From the UHGV virus genome UHGV-0141727: a stretch of 64,000 bases of DNA; one strand, 5' to 3'. The notes beneath the pieces are model-generated. The model did not search any database. It worked only from the letters and a program-made list of their open reading frames with translations, and was not told the origin of the DNA. The stretch is from a virus. The position numbers and the translations under genes were made by a program. Below are positions 45,541 to 53,208 of the stretch, piece after piece (position 1 is the first letter of the stretch; the number at the start of each line of letters is the position of its first letter).

Positions 45541-46080
45541 GTGAGTCAGGAAGTTGAAAAGTGGCGAGCATTTGAACACCCTGATGGTGTTATTCGTGAT
45601 TTGTCATTTCTTGACGCTCATCAGGCTGTGTTTGTTCAGCAACAAGAAGGAAAGCAACCGATAGAGTATCGCTTTTGGGTTACGTACTCTTTTCACTGCT
45701 TCACAAAAGACTATGCACACCAGACTGAGGAAGAGAAACTGGCGTTAATGTACCACGCCCCTAAAGAGTCTCGTCCATTTTGTGAGCGTCGCTATAATCT
45801 TGCCAAACTTCACTTAAAAGAGGCAATTCTGTCATTGTCGGAAGGTAAGGTGATCCATGCCGGATACGGAAGCTATGCCGTTATTGAGGTAAATATTGGG
45901 GAGGGTAACAAGGAGTATTATTTTGTTGCGTTTAAGGCTTTCAGGGAAAAGAAAAAGTTGCGGTTACACATCACTAGCGCCTACCCGGTATCAGAAAAAC
46001 CAAATGGCAGGTCAGTGAAGTTTTTCGCAATCGCATACAATCTGTTAAGGAACAAACCGCTTCCTAAGCCACCAAAATAA
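45541..46080 (+). CDS. hypothetical protein, opposite-strand moron inside the baseplate operon
   Basis: 179 aa, GTG start 5 nt after AAGGAGA. Own upstream gap of 137 bp and a downstream hairpin. No family recognised. Confidence 0.6.
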   Translation: MSQEVEKWRAFEHPDGVIRDLSFLDAHQAVFVQQQEGKQPIEYRFWVTYSFHCFTKDYAHQTEEEKLALMYHAPKESRPFCERRYNLAKLHLKEAILSLSEGKVIHAGYGSYAVIEVNIGEGNKEYYFVAFKAFREKKKLRLHITSAYPVSEKPNGRSVKFFAIAYNLLRNKPLPKPPK

Positions 46081-46082
46081 CA

Positions 46083-46104
46083 AAGCCCACCTTAAGGTGG
46101 GCTT
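46083..46104. terminator. hairpin terminator between convergent genes
   Basis: AAGCCCACC-UUAA-GGUGGGCUU. The U-rich tail is better on the minus strand (UUGUUAUUUU). Confidence 0.5.
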
Positions 46105-46305
46105 CGCCAGAAATTATTTTCTGGTATTCAGAACGCCATTACCGGACTTTGCCTTGACCAAGTATCACAACTGGTTTGACCTGTTATGATAGCTGGTTGC
46201 GGGATGTCTGAATTTCTTCAGTCTGCTGCATCCTCGAAGGTTTGGTTCAACATGTACCATTCCTTCACCGTCATAATAGTGTACTATTCACGTCCTTGCA
46301 AACAC

Positions 46306-47511
46306 TTATACATTTTTTACGTTGTTCTTCACATACGCCATGAACATCTTTTCGGCTTGTGCTGGTGGTGTTCCTGCCATAACAAGCGCATCAATGAACG
46401 CCTGCTTCTTCAGTGCGAACTGATCAGCAAGGCGTTGCTGAAGTTCCTTGTTTTTCTGCTTCTCCCGTTGCAAAGCTGCTTCTTTTGCCGCTGCCCGTTT
46501 TTTCTGTGCGTCGGATAACTTTCTGGCCCTGGTCAGTTGGTCACGCAGCTTGTCGATCTTACCGTTGTCCTTTGCCAGTTTTGAGCTTAAAGCGGCCTGG
46601 CGTTTCTGATAGAGCTTCCATTCACGTTTAGCTGCCTCAACATTCGTTTTGCTGCTACGGTTTCGATTGAACGCCTTCTCGTCTTCTTTTGTGAAGTGTT
46701 TTGTCGTGCGGCGGCGATCGTCACCAAAGGCAACTTGCTTTGCAGCTTTTTGCAGGGCGCGAGCAATACTCATCTGCCAACTGGCAGACTGTAGTCGTGT
46801 CATTGAGTGGATCACATGTTTACAGGCGACGCCTTGCAGCTTAGGGTTGCGAACTTTTGGATAGGCGTATTCTTTTGGCGGGGCCAGGGCAAAGTTACCC
46901 GCAGTGGCGATGTAGCGATACCAGTATTGATGGCGACCGCAGTCACAGTCGAAAGACACTCGCCCGGCACACAGTGATTTTGTGACTTTCAGGGCTGATT
47001 TATCGTCTTCTGCGATGTCATCGACCATCTGATCCCATTCTTCAAAACGTACCCGGACAATGTGGTGCTGGTGAACGGATATATCGGACGCTTCCACGCG
47101 GATATTAATCACATTGTGACGAAGAGATACGGGCGTAGCTCTTTTGATACCAGAACCGTCGTCTACGGCGTTATTTGCTCGCTTAATATCGATAGCCTGG
47201 CTGGACGCTACCAGTTGTGCGTATGTGATGCCAGCCGTCTTGCTGTCATATTTTTCGCGTGCTTTGCTTCGCAGCTTTTCGAAGCCTTTCAGATCGTCAC
47301 GCGTAAAGAACGTGCCGCCTTTCTTTTTCCCCAGCTTAAGAATGTCTTCGGCTGATTTATTCCTAAGCCTGCCCGGCGTGAGTGTCCTGTGCGCCTGGCG
47401 GCGTTTGCGGTTTTGCTCTTTCCTGATGAGTTCAAATACGCGTGTGAAATCCTTAGAGGACAGACCGTTAGTGATATATCGCCCGTCCTGATTTTTCAGG
47501 AAGTCAGGCAT
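46306..47511 (-). CDS. SWIM zinc-finger-containing tail-module protein
   Basis: 401 aa with a CDCGRHQYW...CKHVIH (CxC...CxH) motif and a long basic coiled-coil C-terminus. Confidence 0.45.
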   Translation of the reverse strand: MPDFLKNQDGRYITNGLSSKDFTRVFELIRKEQNRKRRQAHRTLTPGRLRNKSAEDILKLGKKKGGTFFTRDDLKGFEKLRSKAREKYDSKTAGITYAQLVASSQAIDIKRANNAVDDGSGIKRATPVSLRHNVINIRVEASDISVHQHHIVRVRFEEWDQMVDDIAEDDKSALKVTKSLCAGRVSFDCDCGRHQYWYRYIATAGNFALAPPKEYAYPKVRNPKLQGVACKHVIHSMTRLQSASWQMSIARALQKAAKQVAFGDDRRRTTKHFTKEDEKAFNRNRSSKTNVEAAKREWKLYQKRQAALSSKLAKDNGKIDKLRDQLTRARKLSDAQKKRAAAKEAALQREKQKNKELQQRLADQFALKKQAFIDALVMAGTPPAQAEKMFMAYVKNNVKNV

Positions 47512-47833
47512 TTTCTATCTCCGGTGCCGAGCCAGCGTAATCGCGAATCTTGTTTCTTAGCCATGCTGCGTCAGGAAGAGTTAACGTTGTCCCTACCGGC
47601 ATTTCTTCCATTTCTGACTCATGGCCCACCAGCACGCGAAATACCCAGCGCAAATCAGCATTGCCATAGGCGCGATAGGCCGCCAGGTCTGAGCGATAAA
47701 CCTCATCAATTTTTATCGTGTACTGGAAATTATCGGAGTGATACTCCGATACCCGCTTGATCATCTCCTGATGGAATAGTGCGCGCAGCACATCGTCTTC
47801 AATGCATCGATCGTCGAGCCTGCTGTAACTCAT
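47504..47833 (-). CDS. tail protein X-like (LysM-like)
   Basis: 109 aa. YTIKIDEVYRSDLAAYRAYGNADL...PVGTTLTLPD resembles the P2 gpX family. Confidence 0.5.
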   Translation of the reverse strand: MSYSRLDDRCIEDDVLRALFHQEMIKRVSEYHSDNFQYTIKIDEVYRSDLAAYRAYGNADLRWVFRVLVGHESEMEEMPVGTTLTLPDAAWLRNKIRDYAGSAPEIENA

Positions 47834-47925
47834 AACAGTTCCTCACAGTCATAACCTGTGGGGAACTGTATGCAGGGTGTGAAATGCGGGAAAGCAGCGT
47901 CACCTGGCCTGGTGACGCTGTAAAA

Positions 47926-48207
47926 TTATGCGTGGGAAAATAATGGACGGATGTTTGGGCGAGCGGTTTGCGAAGCAACCCAAAGCTCATACTGGGATTG
48001 CATACCGGTCCACATTTCGGCACTGGTTCCAAGAGCGGACTCCAGACGAAGTGCCATATCAGCAGAAATACCTGTTTTTTCGTTCAGAATTCGGGAAAGT
48101 GCCGTGCGAGTAATGCCTAATGCAGCAGCTGCGTCTGTGACTGACATGTCTCCCAAATATTCACGAAGAACCGCGCCTGGATGCGCGGGATTATGCATAC
48201 GACTCAT
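47926..48207 (-). CDS. higA: HigA-family antitoxin (addiction module antidote), no cognate HigB adjacent
   Basis: 93 aa. [12 protein letters not shown]...[35 protein letters not shown] is the canonical HigA/VapI HTH pattern. Its start overlaps the upstream stop. Confidence 0.85.
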   Translation of the reverse strand: MSRMHNPAHPGAVLREYLGDMSVTDAAAALGITRTALSRILNEKTGISADMALRLESALGTSAEMWTGMQSQYELWVASQTARPNIRPLFSHA

Positions 48208-48503
48208 ATGTGGAAAGCAACCCGTTTACCGGTTGGCAATTCAACGTCCAGACTCAACTTTCCACCCATAGCCTCAACGTAACGTTTAAGCGTTGCTACT
48301 TTCAAGTCATTGCCTCGTTGTTCAAGTTTTGTGATGGCTGGTTGACTAATTCCCATCGCATCGGCAACTGTTTTTTGTGATAACTGAAGCTCCTCTCTCA
48401 ACATCTGCAATCCGACTTCCAGAATCATTTCATCAGCCTGCTCTTTGATACGAGCTTGGCTTTCAGGGGATTGCGCAGCAATAACTTCTCTTAGAGTTCT
48501 CAT
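48204..48503 (-). CDS. XRE-family HTH antitoxin
   Basis: 99 aa. [25 protein letters not shown]. Overlaps the toxin stop by 1 nt. Confidence 0.75.
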   Translation of the reverse strand: MRTLREVIAAQSPESQARIKEQADEMILEVGLQMLREELQLSQKTVADAMGISQPAITKLEQRGNDLKVATLKRYVEAMGGKLSLDVELPTGKRVAFHI

Positions 48504-48850
48504 TATTTTTTCTCAAGTTCTGCAAGATGGTTGGAAAATTCGTCGTCTGCAATCCGTATCATTCTTTCGTAGAACTTTTTATCGTTACTCTTATCTCCGG
48601 CGCACAGGATTATGGCTTGCCTTACCGGATCAAATGCGAAGAATGCTCTGATAGGGCGACCAGCGTACTGAATCCGTAACTCCTTCATGTTTTTATGGCG
48701 TGAGCCTTTAACTGTGTCGGCATATGGCCTTGATAATGAAGGGCCATATGTTTCCAGATTGATCAGGTCAACCAGGATTTTTTCTTTTAATGCAGGTTCC
48801 TGTTCCTGGAACCATTCATCAAAAATTTTTCCAAAATAAATTTGCCACAT
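48503..48850 (-). CDS. RelE/ParE-superfamily toxin (phage gp49-like/DUF891 type)
   Basis: 115 aa. LKELRIQYAGRPIRAFFAFDPVRQAIILCAGDK is typical of gp49-like toxins. Confidence 0.8.
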   Translation of the reverse strand: MWQIYFGKIFDEWFQEQEPALKEKILVDLINLETYGPSLSRPYADTVKGSRHKNMKELRIQYAGRPIRAFFAFDPVRQAIILCAGDKSNDKKFYERMIRIADDEFSNHLAELEKK

Positions 48851-48870
48851 AGTTATTCAAAATCCTTTTT

Positions 48871-48923
48871 AATAAACTACATGTTATAAACTACAGGTTA
48901 TATCATATAACCTGTAGTTTATA
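48871..48923 (-). promoter_or_regulatory. TA operon operator: perfect 18-3-18 palindrome plus an extra half-site
   Basis: TATAAACTACAGGTTATA-TCA-TATAACCTGTAGTTTATA at 48885-48923. A third copy, ATAAACTACATGTTATA, lies at 48872-48888. Located 35 bp upstream of the toxin start. Confidence 0.7.
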
Positions 48924-48955
48924 TTTTCAAGGCCATTTTTTATTCGATTTAGCAT

Positions 48956-49609
48956 TTAAAGTATCACGGTATCCTCATCAACTTCTTTCCCTGCCAGTGA
49001 CTTTGGCTGGGAGGCTGCTGCTTTAACCTTCTCATGCCCAATAATGGACAGGAACGAGGCCATTATCCCTGCTTTGTTTTCTTTCTCTACCGCTCCTGTC
49101 ATTTGTTTCAGGTAATCCGCGCTGGCAACATTGTGGTATACCGTTGCATAGCAGCACAGAATCATCAGGATGTGCTCTGGTCGGATATCTTGCCAGTTAA
49201 CTCGATAAACCTCTTCACCGTTGCCGTTGTATTCGGTATCGACGATAGAGTCGGGGATCTCAAATGCCCCTTTGTTCTTGTCAGGCAGGGATAGCAGCCT
49301 TTGTAGTTTCAGCTCCCGGTATCTTTCCATGCCGACAATGATCGCCGCTCTGCCGTCGGCGTGCCGTGTTTTTAATGTTACCTGACTGGCACCTGTACCG
49401 GCTGAAATGGTTGGCGTGATTTCGTCAACCAGCACCTTAAATTCACTTTTACGCAGCTCGGCAATTGCTGGTGGAATTTTTCGTTTTTGTTCAATAGCAG
49501 ATGCAGGGAGCGGCTTTACTTTGTCAATTACAAGCGCGCCGTCTTTCAGGACTGCCGTAGCCATCAGCGGCTTGTTAGTCGAAAGGCTGAATATTGCGAT
49601 CTTTTGCAT
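48956..49609 (-). CDS. hypothetical protein
   Basis: 217 aa. Preceded by a minus-strand terminator, so probably has its own promoter. No family recognised. Confidence 0.5.
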   Translation of the reverse strand: MQKIAIFSLSTNKPLMATAVLKDGALVIDKVKPLPASAIEQKRKIPPAIAELRKSEFKVLVDEITPTISAGTGASQVTLKTRHADGRAAIIVGMERYRELKLQRLLSLPDKNKGAFEIPDSIVDTEYNGNGEEVYRVNWQDIRPEHILMILCCYATVYHNVASADYLKQMTGAVEKENKAGIMASFLSIIGHEKVKAAASQPKSLAGKEVDEDTVIL

Positions 49610-49634
49610 GGCTTTTACTCCACGATAGCAGGCA

Positions 49635-49660
49635 CAAAAAAAGGCCGCACATGGCGGCCT
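49635..49660 (-). terminator. rho-independent terminator (minus strand)
   Basis: AGGCCGC-CAUGU-GCGGCCU followed by U7 on the minus strand. Confidence 0.6.
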
Positions 49661-49874
49661 GCTTTGGCGTTATGACTCCCTACCGCGCATCGGCTGAAAG
49701 TTAGTCGTCAAAAGAACCTTCAACGGGAGCCGTTTGCGTAATGGATTTTGTCCAGATTGTGATTTCCAGAATAGTGTCAACAATTTTTTTGAATTTTTTA
49801 TTCGCTCTGAATTTGGCCTAGGTCATTTTGGCGTAGATGTTTGCTTTTGTAACATAAAGCTTCAGTTTGTTTAC

Positions 49875-50498
49875 ATGAAGGATGGTTTTGTGAAGTTAAG
49901 GGTTTTGGGAGCAGTGCTCGCGGTTATATTGGGGGGAGTTTCTCTTAATGCTGCCTATGCAGGCGCGTTACCTGCAAAGTATGAGGCTGGGCTGAAGGTG
50001 TTACGAAACGCCAAAACAAACTATACGCCTGATGAAGTTTCAAACTATTGCCAGAAAGAAAATATCCCACTGAAACCTGTAGAGCCATTCTTTAAAAGCA
50101 ACATAGAGTTCTGTGTATTTGCGTATGCAGCAGATGAAACAGGAAAGGCCATACAAAAGACAGGGTATTCCACCAAAGACACAATGTCAGTGTTAAGTAA
50201 CGGCGTGTTGCAGTTTGAGCTTTATCGTCAGCAAGGAATGGGAGATCTATTGCAGCCTTTGTATGGTCTAGCATTGGTGCCGGAAGGTCAGCAGTTTCTG
50301 ATCAAAAAAGGCCTCATGAGGCAGGAAGATGTAGCTGGTTTCGATGCCATCGTTGCCTATGAAAAACAACTCAAGGAACAGCGCAATAAAAAACCATCTG
50401 CCTCATGCGTGCAAAGCAAAACAGCAGAATACAGCGCAGTGGCTGGGCCTTTAGCCCCACAAATGGCAGAGCAATGGTGTAAACAATACGGGCAATAA
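49875..50498 (+). CDS. secreted (periplasmic) protein, unknown function
   Basis: ORF 49734..50498; start MKDGFVKLRVLG at 49875. Signal peptide ...VSLNAAYA|G. Confidence 0.55.
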   Translation: MKDGFVKLRVLGAVLAVILGGVSLNAAYAGALPAKYEAGLKVLRNAKTNYTPDEVSNYCQKENIPLKPVEPFFKSNIEFCVFAYAADETGKAIQKTGYSTKDTMSVLSNGVLQFELYRQQGMGDLLQPLYGLALVPEGQQFLIKKGLMRQEDVAGFDAIVAYEKQLKEQRNKKPSASCVQSKTAEYSAVAGPLAPQMAEQWCKQYGQ

Positions 50499-50518
50499 GT
50501 TACGCAGCGGAGGCAGAA

Positions 50519-50911
50519 TTGAAAAGATTAGCTATTGCTTTATTGGCAGCTTTCCCTTTGATCGCTCACGCCGGGAATTTACAAGTGAAGTGCGGTAGGT
50601 TTGATATAAAAATCTATCCGAACGCCATATTTCTGAATGGGAATAAGGTCGATAACGCGCACCGGAAAACTGAATCTGACGTAATGAGCTATGTGTTCCA
50701 GGAGTATGCCGAGATGGGGGGAACTTACACGTTGTACTCGCTGGATGTTCCATCTCGCGGTGATATGACGTTATCTCATCAATGGCAGAACGCCGATGGC
50801 GAAGCTCTGCGCGAGGTTAAAACAGAAAAATGTGGCACTTTCCATTCTTTTAAAGGGAAAGCGCCCAATGTTAAATCTACGCTTGAAAAACAGCGTGCTG
50901 GTGAGCTTTAA
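50519..50911 (+). CDS. secreted (periplasmic) protein, unknown function
   Basis: 130 aa, TTG start 6 nt after GGAGG. Signal peptide MKRLAIALLAAFPLIAHA|G; two Cys in the mature part. Confidence 0.55.
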   Translation: MKRLAIALLAAFPLIAHAGNLQVKCGRFDIKIYPNAIFLNGNKVDNAHRKTESDVMSYVFQEYAEMGGTYTLYSLDVPSRGDMTLSHQWQNADGEALREVKTEKCGTFHSFKGKAPNVKSTLEKQRAGEL

Positions 50912-51246
50912 ACCCCTTTAATCACGGAGATTTCGTTTCCCGCACGATAGCGGCGGGGAACGGAACTCTCCATCAGGTCACGAATTACTCCCGCTTCACG
51001 CAGTTCCTCTGTCTCCCAGTATCTGTTTGTCACCAGGTCAAGGCTGGCAATGACTTTATGCCGGTCATTCGGCATTGCTTCTTTTTCAGCCATTATCATC
51101 AGTGAGAACTCTTCATCCAGTAGAATTTGATACCAGACTTTTGACAGTTCCAACTCTCTAATGAGGGTGAAGCGCCGCTCAATTGTGGCAGCAGAATAAG
51201 TGAAATCTATTTTTTTGGTGGCATACATTTTGCTGTGTCCGGTCAC
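50908..51246 (-). CDS. hypothetical protein
   Basis: 112 aa. Its stop overlaps the convergent stop of 50519..50911. Confidence 0.45.
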   Translation of the reverse strand: MTGHSKMYATKKIDFTYSAATIERRFTLIRELELSKVWYQILLDEEFSLMIMAEKEAMPNDRHKVIASLDLVTNRYWETEELREAGVIRDLMESSVPRRYRAGNEISVIKGV

Positions 51247-51258
51247 TTAGTAGTTAAA

Positions 51259-51277
51259 GCCCCGGCATGACCGGGGC
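51259..51277 (-). terminator. hairpin after immI-like module 2 (weak U tail)
   Basis: GCCCCGG-UCAUG-CCGGGGC. The stem is related to the module 1 terminator at 1272-1290. Confidence 0.35.
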
Positions 51278-51285
51278 AAAAGCTA

Positions 51286-52227
51286 TTAACTAATAATCCA
51301 GTCGGTTGCTGCTACATCTTCTGGCTGCAAATCAATCGCACAGATCTTACCGTCGCGAATGGTGCGCCAGTTTTTCCGTGAGCCTCTTTCGGGCCATACC
51401 CAGACACTTTCAGGCCAGGATGCTCGACGGCATACGGTTGCATACCCTGTTTTAATCTTCTCTCTGGCGGTATGCAACGACAGGTTTGCCTTTGGACTTT
51501 CAGGCACAGGATGGTGAATGGCCTGAAATAGCCCCATCTTGGGATGATACCAGCGTTTGTTACGTGGTTCTGCCTCCGACATAACCTGCTTAAAGGCTTT
51601 CCGGAAGGGGGCCAGGGCCACAATGGAACGTCGCGCAAGCAAACCGTCGGGAGTTAAAAACTCATGCGTATCAGTGGGTATCCGGTAAGCGTTGACCAGG
51701 TTACGGCATTTGGCTTCAGTCAGGCCACATTTCGCCGCCAACTGGCGGTAGCCAATGTAGCCTTCCGGAATATTGCCTTTCTTGATCTGCTCGACGGTTT
51801 CAGCGACTTTGGACACTTGTGCCGATACTTCGGCTACCTGGGCATTAACGGCGTTGATCCGGCGTTCATGCTCAAGATGCATTTGCGCCATTTCAGCCAG
51901 AATTTCGGCTTTTGATTTTAACTGTGCCCGGGCATTCTCCAGTTCGCGCCAGCGGTCCACCAGCCGGGCGGTGAATTCGGGAGAGAGCTGCGCGACGACA
52001 ATAATGCTGTCTCGTTTGCCTTGCTCGCCTTCAAAGACATAGACCGGATCTTTGACAACCTTCCCTAAGTTATTGATTCTTTCGACGAACTCATTTTGAG
52101 TTTCTCGGATGACACCGCTCGCCATCATATTGCGAATGGTACGTAAAACGTTGCCATGACGACTACCAACTAACTCTGCAATATCCAGGCTATTCATTGT
52201 AGCTTTTTGGGTGATAGACAGATTCAT
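51286..52227 (-). CDS. Rha-family antirepressor fused to C-terminal DUF2829/Tad2-like domain (immI-like module 2)
   Basis: 313 aa. N-terminus NSLDIAELVGSRHGNVLRTIRNM. The middle is about 90% identical to 1496..2203. C-terminus REKIKTGYATVCRRASW...DLQPEDVAATDWIIS parallels ORF 1299..1496. Confidence 0.7.
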   Translation of the reverse strand: MNLSITQKATMNSLDIAELVGSRHGNVLRTIRNMMASGVIRETQNEFVERINNLGKVVKDPVYVFEGEQGKRDSIIVVAQLSPEFTARLVDRWRELENARAQLKSKAEILAEMAQMHLEHERRINAVNAQVAEVSAQVSKVAETVEQIKKGNIPEGYIGYRQLAAKCGLTEAKCRNLVNAYRIPTDTHEFLTPDGLLARRSIVALAPFRKAFKQVMSEAEPRNKRWYHPKMGLFQAIHHPVPESPKANLSLHTAREKIKTGYATVCRRASWPESVWVWPERGSRKNWRTIRDGKICAIDLQPEDVAATDWIIS

Positions 52228-52442
52228 CAGTGCACCTCCACGCAGTTCATTGGTAGATTCCAGTAATTGAGGATCTCCATCGCATCAAGAGTGAAGCGTG
52301 CGGCAAAAATGCAGGGTTCTTCGGGAAGGTATGAGCGCGCCTCTGCTTCGGTAGCAGCCATTACGCAGATATAGAGGTGTTTTTGGCAGGAATAGAAACG
52401 CCAGATAAATTCAGAATGAGTTGGGGTAGGGATAGTAGCCAT
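52227..52442 (-). CDS. icd: Icd-like small protein
   Basis: 71 aa. EFIWRFYS...AATEAEARSYL. AAGGAGG SD. Stop overlaps the antirepressor ATG (TGATG). Confidence 0.65.
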   Translation of the reverse strand: MATIPTPTHSEFIWRFYSCQKHLYICVMAATEAEARSYLPEEPCIFAARFTLDAMEILNYWNLPMNCVEVH

Positions 52443-52502
52443 ATTGGCAGCCTCCTTTGACTAAGTTAAGGAGCTACCGCGTGAGGTTCCAATCTCAATG
52501 GC

Positions 52503-52578
52503 GGTAGCACTGACTGGGTTGGAACTACCGGCGTCAAAGGGAACCGGCCTGCCTTTCGGCAGCCCAGCCAGCACTACC
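52503..52578 (-). ncRNA. c4: c4-like antisense RNA (module 2)
   Basis: 76 nt with a 16-bp closing stem (GGUAGUGCUGGCUGGG / CCCAGUCAGUGCUACC). Contains a GCC-GAAA-GGC hairpin and a 5-bp hairpin with a 12-nt loop carrying CCUUUGAC. Single-stranded GUUCCAA follows, and 3' GCCA. Complementary boxes lie at 52681-52675/52664-52657 and 52492-52486/52461-52454. Confidence 0.65.
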
Positions 52579-52626
52579 ATTGATCTCTGAGCTAAACGCT
52601 ACGTATGGCTGTGCGATGGCATGACA

Positions 52627-52650
52627 CAAAAAAAGACGCTTTCGGCGTCT
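52627..52650 (-). terminator. rho-independent terminator between the a1/b1 boxes and the c4-like RNA
   Basis: Minus strand AGACGC-CGAAA-GCGUCU followed by U7. Confidence 0.7.
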
Positions 52651-52755
52651 GTGTCGCCTTTGACATTATCCGGGGTTCCAATCCCGGCACCCGTTTTTCT
52701 AAGGTGCCGTAGAAATATACCCCACGATAATGCCAGGGCGCAACTGTGTGTTTTC

Positions 52756-52923
52756 TTATGCTTTTCTTTTCTTCTTTTGGGCTTGCTTGCAAGCGTAGGC
52801 CATTGCTTTAGCTTTCACTTCATCCAGCTTCCCGGTGATCACTTCTTTTCCAAGAGTGACAAACCAATCATAGCAACCGCCAGTGATGTTCTGGATTTGA
52901 AAGTTGAGGTAGCGAACGGTCAT
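52756..52923 (-). CDS. small hypothetical protein (55 aa), not in the ORF track
   Basis: ATG 52923 after GGGGGTG. Sequence MTVRYLNFQIQNITGGCYDWFVTLGKEVITGKLDEVKAKAMAYACKQAQKKKRKA. An upstream 29-codon ORF (53009-52920) ends in an ATGA overlap. Confidence 0.35.
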   Translation of the reverse strand: MTVRYLNFQIQNITGGCYDWFVTLGKEVITGKLDEVKAKAMAYACKQAQKKKRKA

Positions 52924-53208
52924 TTTGACACCCCCAGCGCGAGTAAAGAATGCAGATTATCGCGTGAGTGGCGGACAACGAGTGATGGGAAAAGACAGTA
53001 GCTGTTCATAGTGTAGTGACTCCTTGCTTTTGGAGCCGCCATCGACTGTTCCACGGTCTGGTGGCGGCGCAATAAAGGTTGGAACACCGTGAGTCAACGG
53101 GGGCTTTTCAGCCACCTATATTGCACCGCCATTGGTATGGCGGCGGCAATCATACGAAAAACCAAACGGTTTGTCTCAAAAAGTTGACCGGTGTACCAAT
53201 CGGTTGTG

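Noticed and set aside
46105-46305. 200-bp gap checked for tRNA genes (P1 carries tRNAs)
   Set aside because: No cloverleaf-compatible arms or T-loop GTTCGAATC-like motif were seen. No tRNA-like sequence was found elsewhere in the window apart from the acceptor-stem-like c4 elements.
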